Below are positions 59,367-64,000 of a stretch of DNA of 64,000 nt, one piece after another (positions within the stretch are counted from its first letter, which is position 1; each line of letters begins with the position of its first letter). The stretch comes from a bacterium (GTDB lineage Bacteria > Patescibacteriota > Minisyncoccia > Phycocordibacterales > UBA9973): contig JAKAKW010000004.1 in assembly GCA_021824345.1 (NCBI GenBank), positions 11,019-75,018 of the forward strand, in the 5' to 3' direction. The position numbers were made by a program, and so were the translations under genes. The notes below the pieces were generated by a model. That model did no database searches and was not told the DNA's origin. It saw only the letters and a program-made list of their open reading frames with translations.

Positions 59367-60263
59367 ATGAATAAAATTATGAAAAACCAAATAAATAAAG
59401 GATGGAATGCGGTTCTGGGAATCATTGGAATTTTGGCCTTATCGGCCGTTATTCTGGCGGGCATCCCTAACACTGCAAGCGCCTATATGACTTTTTACTC
59501 TCCGGCGCCTTTTTCCAACACTGTTGATTACACCAACAGCTACGGCACTTATAACAACGGCTATAGTTATAACAATAACTACAACAACGGCAATCAGGGA
59601 AACAATTACAACAGCAATTACAATAATTATAATAACAATTACAATAATCCCTCCCCTTACATCAACAGCATAACCCCTAGCACCACCACCGCTGGCGCGG
59701 GAGGCGCGGTAATTACCATTAAAGGAAACGGCTTTGTCTCCACTTCCATCGCTCAGTTTGACGGAACAAACTATCCGACTACTTACGTAAGCTCCAGCGA
59801 GCTTCGGATGGATGTTTCTTCCGCTGCCATCAGCAATTCCGGGCGCTATTATGTTTCCGTCAGCAACCCCGCTCCGGGCGGAGGATTCTCCAATCCTGTT
59901 CCTTTTACGGTAAATAAGCCGGTCGCGGTAAATTCTTCCGCTTCATCTTATACCGGATCTTCCACCGCCGGGTATGCCAATACTTCGTCTTATAATTCTT
60001 CCAATAATTCATATTACGGAGCCAGCGCCGGAACCGCTTATCGCAATAACTATGGATATGCCGGAACGAACTTCGCGGATACCTCCGGAGAAAGCGCGGC
60101 GGCTCTGACCTCCAACGCCATCTTCGGATCCGACAGTTTCTTGCCTACCGGAATTCTACAGTGGATACTTTTCATCATCCTGGTACTGGCCATCATCTTC
60201 ATTTGGCGCCGATTTTTCGGAAGCACGGCCAAATACCACGCCACTCCCTTGAAGCACGCGTAA
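59367..60263 (+). CDS. Secreted/surface protein: signal peptide, Asn/Tyr-rich linker, IPT/TIG-like domain, C-terminal TM
   Basis: P.INSITPS..ITIKGNGF..V.V.NPAPGGGFSN motif; C-terminal hydrophobic helix. Confidence 0.75.
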   Translation: MNKIMKNQINKGWNAVLGIIGILALSAVILAGIPNTASAYMTFYSPAPFSNTVDYTNSYGTYNNGYSYNNNYNNGNQGNNYNSNYNNYNNNYNNPSPYINSITPSTTTAGAGGAVITIKGNGFVSTSIAQFDGTNYPTTYVSSSELRMDVSSAAISNSGRYYVSVSNPAPGGGFSNPVPFTVNKPVAVNSSASSYTGSSTAGYANTSSYNSSNNSYYGASAGTAYRNNYGYAGTNFADTSGESAAALTSNAIFGSDSFLPTGILQWILFIILVLAIIFIWRRFFGSTAKYHATPLKHA

Positions 60264-60338
60264 GAAAAACGTAGAATGTAAAAAGAAAAACCATCTTATG
60301 AAAGATGGTTTTTCTTTCATAAGATGGTTTTATTGATT

Positions 60339-60923
60339 TTATTTTTCCGCCTTTTTCCTTAAGAGATATTCTTTATTATAGCTCTTTAAAGGCTCTACCT
60401 GGCTGAAATGGGGCAATCTACTTTCTAATTCTGGCAATACCTGCAACGCAAATTTTCTATATTCTGACCAGGTTAGTTTGCAATCATGAGCAGCTTCATC
60501 CCAATCATCAGGAAAATACCCTGAAGGCGAAAAATAATAATGGTATTTATGAGTATCAAGACTTGAAACTTTTACATTTCTATTTTTTTTGTCCTGATTT
60601 ACACAAGCCTCTGCCGTAAAATACGCTAACAAGTTTACTATCCGCACAATTTCATCTTGGGAATGACTTTCATGTATTGAATCTAAGCTTACTCCAAATT
60701 TTTTTTTGCAAAAGTAATCTAATTTTTTTGTCGTTTTTTGCTCCATTTGTTGCTCAAAAGAATTTTCACTTTTTTTCATTATCTTCTCCCATTCTAATCT
60801 TTTCCTGGAAGAAAATGGACGCAAAAGATATACTCTTTCCCTTGGACCACCAAGTAGAAAAGACAAGGCGTACATTAATGCAAAAAAAAGTATTAATGGA
60901 ATAATAATTGCTATTATTTCCAT
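60339..60923 (-). CDS. Hypothetical membrane-anchored protein
   Basis: 194 aa ORF, N-terminal TM, AGGA upstream, AT-rich. Confidence 0.6.
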   Translation of the reverse strand: MEIIAIIIPLILFFALMYALSFLLGGPRERVYLLRPFSSRKRLEWEKIMKKSENSFEQQMEQKTTKKLDYFCKKKFGVSLDSIHESHSQDEIVRIVNLLAYFTAEACVNQDKKNRNVKVSSLDTHKYHYYFSPSGYFPDDWDEAAHDCKLTWSEYRKFALQVLPELESRLPHFSQVEPLKSYNKEYLLRKKAEK

Positions 60924-61362
60924 AACATTTTTCCTTTCCGATGTTCAACATCGAATTTCTGTATCTGAATTGGTACAGGCCTGGAAATGTTCTTCATTGC
61001 CAGGCATAAAGCACAGATGCCTTATGTCTGGCAATGAATTATATTGTCAAGTTGCTTATTGTTAATACAATACAATTTTTAATGATTAGTCAATAGCTTG
61101 ACTTATTTATATTTTATGTTATACTACCTATTAAATTAAGCTCACTGACAAAAGTTATTTTTCAGTTTGTTTATTTGCGACATAAGGCGAGAGAAATATA
61201 TAAGCTTGCTTATATATTTCCTAGCCGAGGAACGAATATAGTTTCCGCAGCAATGCGCAAATCTAAAATTTTGTTGTCTGTGATTTGCTGCGGGAACTAT
61301 ATTATAGCGCCCGAAAAGTTTAAATAAAAAACTAAAATAATAACAAATAAAAGGAACGCAAA

Positions 61363-62406
61363 ATGGTAACTGCATTGATAATACTAGGAATTGTCCTGGC
61401 AGTAATGTTCTGGGCGGCTGGTACTATTCTCGAAATCAAAAAACTAGCCAAAAAAGACACGCACCTTACCACAATCATGCCCGAAACGGGCAAATTGGTA
61501 AAATTAGGGGAAGACATAGTAAAAGTCCTAACCAATATGAGAGACGGACACTATAACGATAAGGGAGACTGGCGTCCGGTACCTAAATCACTCGGTCATC
61601 TTTTTAAAGAACTTGGAGTAGTATTTTTTGGAATATCACCTATATACGAGATATATAAATTTGATTTCCGGTTTTCTGAATACGTCGAAAAAGAATCTCA
61701 GGAAGTGACGGGAATGACGTATAAAATCGTACACAGGAAGGAGACGGTTGATTCTTTCAAAAGATACTATACTCACGCAGTGGAAAATAAAAAGATTGAA
61801 CTCAATGACGGATCAAAAATAGATATGGTTGTATTGGTAACTTTTGAAATCTTAAATATCATAAAAGTTATATTTAAGATAAAACCTGATGGTATTATTC
61901 TTGCCCAAGCTGAGGCAGGCATTCAGTCGGCGATAAATGATGAGATGAGAAAAGAAAGCTATCAGACTTTTCGAAATACTCTTGATAAAAGCAATCCTGA
62001 TTCAGGGTTCGTGAAAGAGGTTATTAGCAGGGCTAATAATATCATTGAGAGAGAGTTCCATCTCCGTGTTCTTTTAATTGAAGTTAAGTATTACGATTTA
62101 TCTGAGGGAGAACCTGGGGATAAAGAATTCATCCAGGCTCAAAAATCAGTGGAACTTGCAAGATTAACAGGGGAAGCAAAAGTTGAAGCAGCAAAACAAA
62201 GACTGCAAGCTAGAACTATTGATGCAGCGGCCGACGCACATTACTTTGATTCAATTAAAAAAATAGTTGGAGAAAAAAACATAGGAGAATATGCAAACTT
62301 GGAACAGGTAAAAAATACAAAGCTCCTTGTTTATAATTCTCCAGAAACTGCCCTGGTATTAGACCCAAGTAAAGCAAGCGGAGGTCAAGATGATAAAATT
62401 TCTTAA
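61363..62406 (+). CDS. Membrane-anchored protein, possibly SPFH/band-7-like
   Basis: N-terminal TM, alpha/beta middle, Ala/Glu-rich coiled coil; family call tentative. Confidence 0.5.
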   Translation: MVTALIILGIVLAVMFWAAGTILEIKKLAKKDTHLTTIMPETGKLVKLGEDIVKVLTNMRDGHYNDKGDWRPVPKSLGHLFKELGVVFFGISPIYEIYKFDFRFSEYVEKESQEVTGMTYKIVHRKETVDSFKRYYTHAVENKKIELNDGSKIDMVVLVTFEILNIIKVIFKIKPDGIILAQAEAGIQSAINDEMRKESYQTFRNTLDKSNPDSGFVKEVISRANNIIEREFHLRVLLIEVKYYDLSEGEPGDKEFIQAQKSVELARLTGEAKVEAAKQRLQARTIDAAADAHYFDSIKKIVGEKNIGEYANLEQVKNTKLLVYNSPETALVLDPSKASGGQDDKIS

Positions 62407-62968
62407 ATTCTTGGCATATATTCCAAATGTGATTATTGGAATATTTTCCAACGGTTCTTCAACAAAAGGAGAAGAAACTGGAGAGCAGGAAAAGAAGGAT
62501 ATTACCCACTCTTCTGGCAAGCACACAAAAAAATCCAAGCTCGGAACTACTGTAACAATATTCGGCATCATCGCCGGCATTCTATTCATTATATGGTTGG
62601 GAACCGGCGTAGTAAGTTTTGTTAAATACATACTGACTCCTTCTCCAAAATACTGTTTTGAGGAGCAGTATGTTCCAGTAGATTCAGGGTTTGTAAAACC
62701 TGGCACTAGCTGGATTACTTCCGAAATAAACTACAAATTCAGGTTCGGAAGCACGGGGAATGCTCACAACTTTTTCGTCCAGTTCACCTCCCAAAAAGGC
62801 GGCTGGACAGATTCATTATTGCTAAGGGCGCATGAATTCAATCCAAACATGCTAGCGCCCTACATGACTCAAGGTCCCGCCAGAGTGACCGCGGGACCGG
62901 AAGAAAAAGAAGGTTTTATGGTCACATTGTACAAACAGACCGTGGTCCGAGTGGCCGCGGTAAAATAG
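62390..62968 (+). CDS. Hypothetical membrane protein
   Basis: 192 aa ORF overlapping the previous stop; central TM. Confidence 0.6.
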   Translation: MIKFLKFLAYIPNVIIGIFSNGSSTKGEETGEQEKKDITHSSGKHTKKSKLGTTVTIFGIIAGILFIIWLGTGVVSFVKYILTPSPKYCFEEQYVPVDSGFVKPGTSWITSEINYKFRFGSTGNAHNFFVQFTSQKGGWTDSLLLRAHEFNPNMLAPYMTQGPARVTAGPEEKEGFMVTLYKQTVVRVAAVK

Positions 62969-62986
62969 AAAGGAAAAATTAAACGC

Positions 62987-63026
62987 AAGAGGGAAATTTT
63001 GCTAAAGCAAAATTTCCCTCTTTTTT
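62987..63026. terminator. Terminator between convergent genes
   Basis: aagagggaaattttgc-taaa-gcaaaatttccctctt followed by T run. Confidence 0.75.
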
Positions 63027-63051
63027 ATTTCCGTACTTTTTCCCGAACCTT

Positions 63052-63405
63052 CTAAGGCGTCCCGACCGGCGGAATCTGGGGATTATAGCTGTTCAGATGA
63101 ACTGTCCCCTGCTCCGGGGTAATTCCCTGGATACTGAAAGTATTCAGAATTATGTTCATAATTGCCCACACGCCGATCATAATAGTCATTCCAATTATTC
63201 CCCAAAGCACATGGTTCTTTCCTTCGGTCCTTTTTTCTTCATTGTCCGCATTCGCCACGAACTGAAATACCCCATAGAGGAAGAAAACCGTAGCCAGCGC
63301 GAAAAGAAGCACTATCAGCGGATTTATGATCAAGGTATCCACCTTGGTCATGAAATCGCCCAGCTTGTCGGCATAAGCCACGTTCGGGGAAAAAAGGTCA
63401 AACAT
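63052..63405 (-). CDS. TrbC/VirB2-like pilin (CPR T4SS pilin type)
   Basis: Two TMs with FLYGV..F...NEEKR..GK..WGIIG motif. Confidence 0.7.
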   Translation of the reverse strand: MFDLFSPNVAYADKLGDFMTKVDTLIINPLIVLLFALATVFFLYGVFQFVANADNEEKRTEGKNHVLWGIIGMTIMIGVWAIMNIILNTFSIQGITPEQGTVHLNSYNPQIPPVGTP

Positions 63406-63417
63406 GTATAAAGTCTT

Positions 63418-63798
63418 TTAGTAAGGCAGGGCCGGAGGAGCTACTGTTGCGGAAGTGTTCAATCCGAAAGTATTGGTAACGATTCTAACGATTCCCCACA
63501 AGGCGATAATAACCGCCAAGCCGATGATGCCGTAGATCATTTTGTCCCTTCCGCGAGTCTTTGCCTCTTCATCTTGAGAAATCACGAACTGCACCACGCC
63601 CCAGACGAACAGAATCACGCCTAATGCGATCAATACAGGAAGAAGAACTCCCAGGATATTGCTCACAACGCAGATGATTGACTGAATGGTGCTAGGCTGA
63701 ATGCTCGGATCAGAACAAGATATCTGCGCCGAAGCGGCGAATGGAATCACGCTCAAACCGACCAAAGAAGCTGATAATACTGCTAATTTGCTTTTCAT
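63418..63798 (-). CDS. TrbC/VirB2-like pilin (CPR T4SS pilin type)
   Basis: Signal peptide (ASA), FVWGV..DEEAK..G..MIYGIIGL motif. Confidence 0.72.
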   Translation of the reverse strand: MKSKLAVLSASLVGLSVIPFAASAQISCSDPSIQPSTIQSIICVVSNILGVLLPVLIALGVILFVWGVVQFVISQDEEAKTRGRDKMIYGIIGLAVIIALWGIVRIVTNTFGLNTSATVAPPALPY

Positions 63799-64000
63799 AA
63801 TTATTCCCTAATTAAGGGATTAATGATAATGTCCGCCGGCATTTGCCGTAGCGGAAAGCGACCTTATAACTTCACTTATTAATTTCAAAGCCCTGTTTAA
63901 GCTTTTTACAATTATATCATAAAAATAAGGACGGAAGCGAATGCTGTGGATTACTCTCAGATGCTTTTACTGGTTTTTTACTTGCGGTAAGGCATATTCA

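Overview
Bacterial chromosomal DNA in code 11. Gene content and protein styles (short AlaRS and IF-2, T4SS-type pilins, PaaX-like regulator, sigma-r4/HARE-HTH protein, VirD4-like ATPases) point to Patescibacteria/CPR (Parcubacteria-like); this is inference. Housekeeping genes: dnaB, recR, cysS, grpE/dnaK/dnaJ, the infA-rpmJ-rpsM-rpsK-rpsD-rpoA-rplQ-rplM-rpsI block, alaS, mnmA, mltG, typA, clpB, a cysteine desulfurase, infB, rbfA and six tRNAs. Two things stand out. (1) About 19 kb is taken up by 11 tandem paralogous genes for 550-590 aa Cys-rich proteins. They form two arrays threaded through the grpE-dnaK-dnaJ locus with two VirD4/TraD-like ATPases. Their middles are highly divergent, but their 5' and 3' ends share 38-114 nt near-identical blocks in a patchwork, which suggests recombination through conserved ends. 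One ATPase carries the same CxxC-x17-CxxC module as the array proteins. (2) Two families of ~20-nt palindromes occur as single intergenic copies, three of them at near-fixed spacing from promoters of the array locus, and as inverted doublets inserted in-frame in recR and the cysteine desulfurase. Also present: three 115-173 nt MITE-like hairpins, a free-standing LAGLIDADG gene overlapping tRNA-Cys, and many apparently leaderless promoters. All calls come from reading the sequence; no database searches were run.
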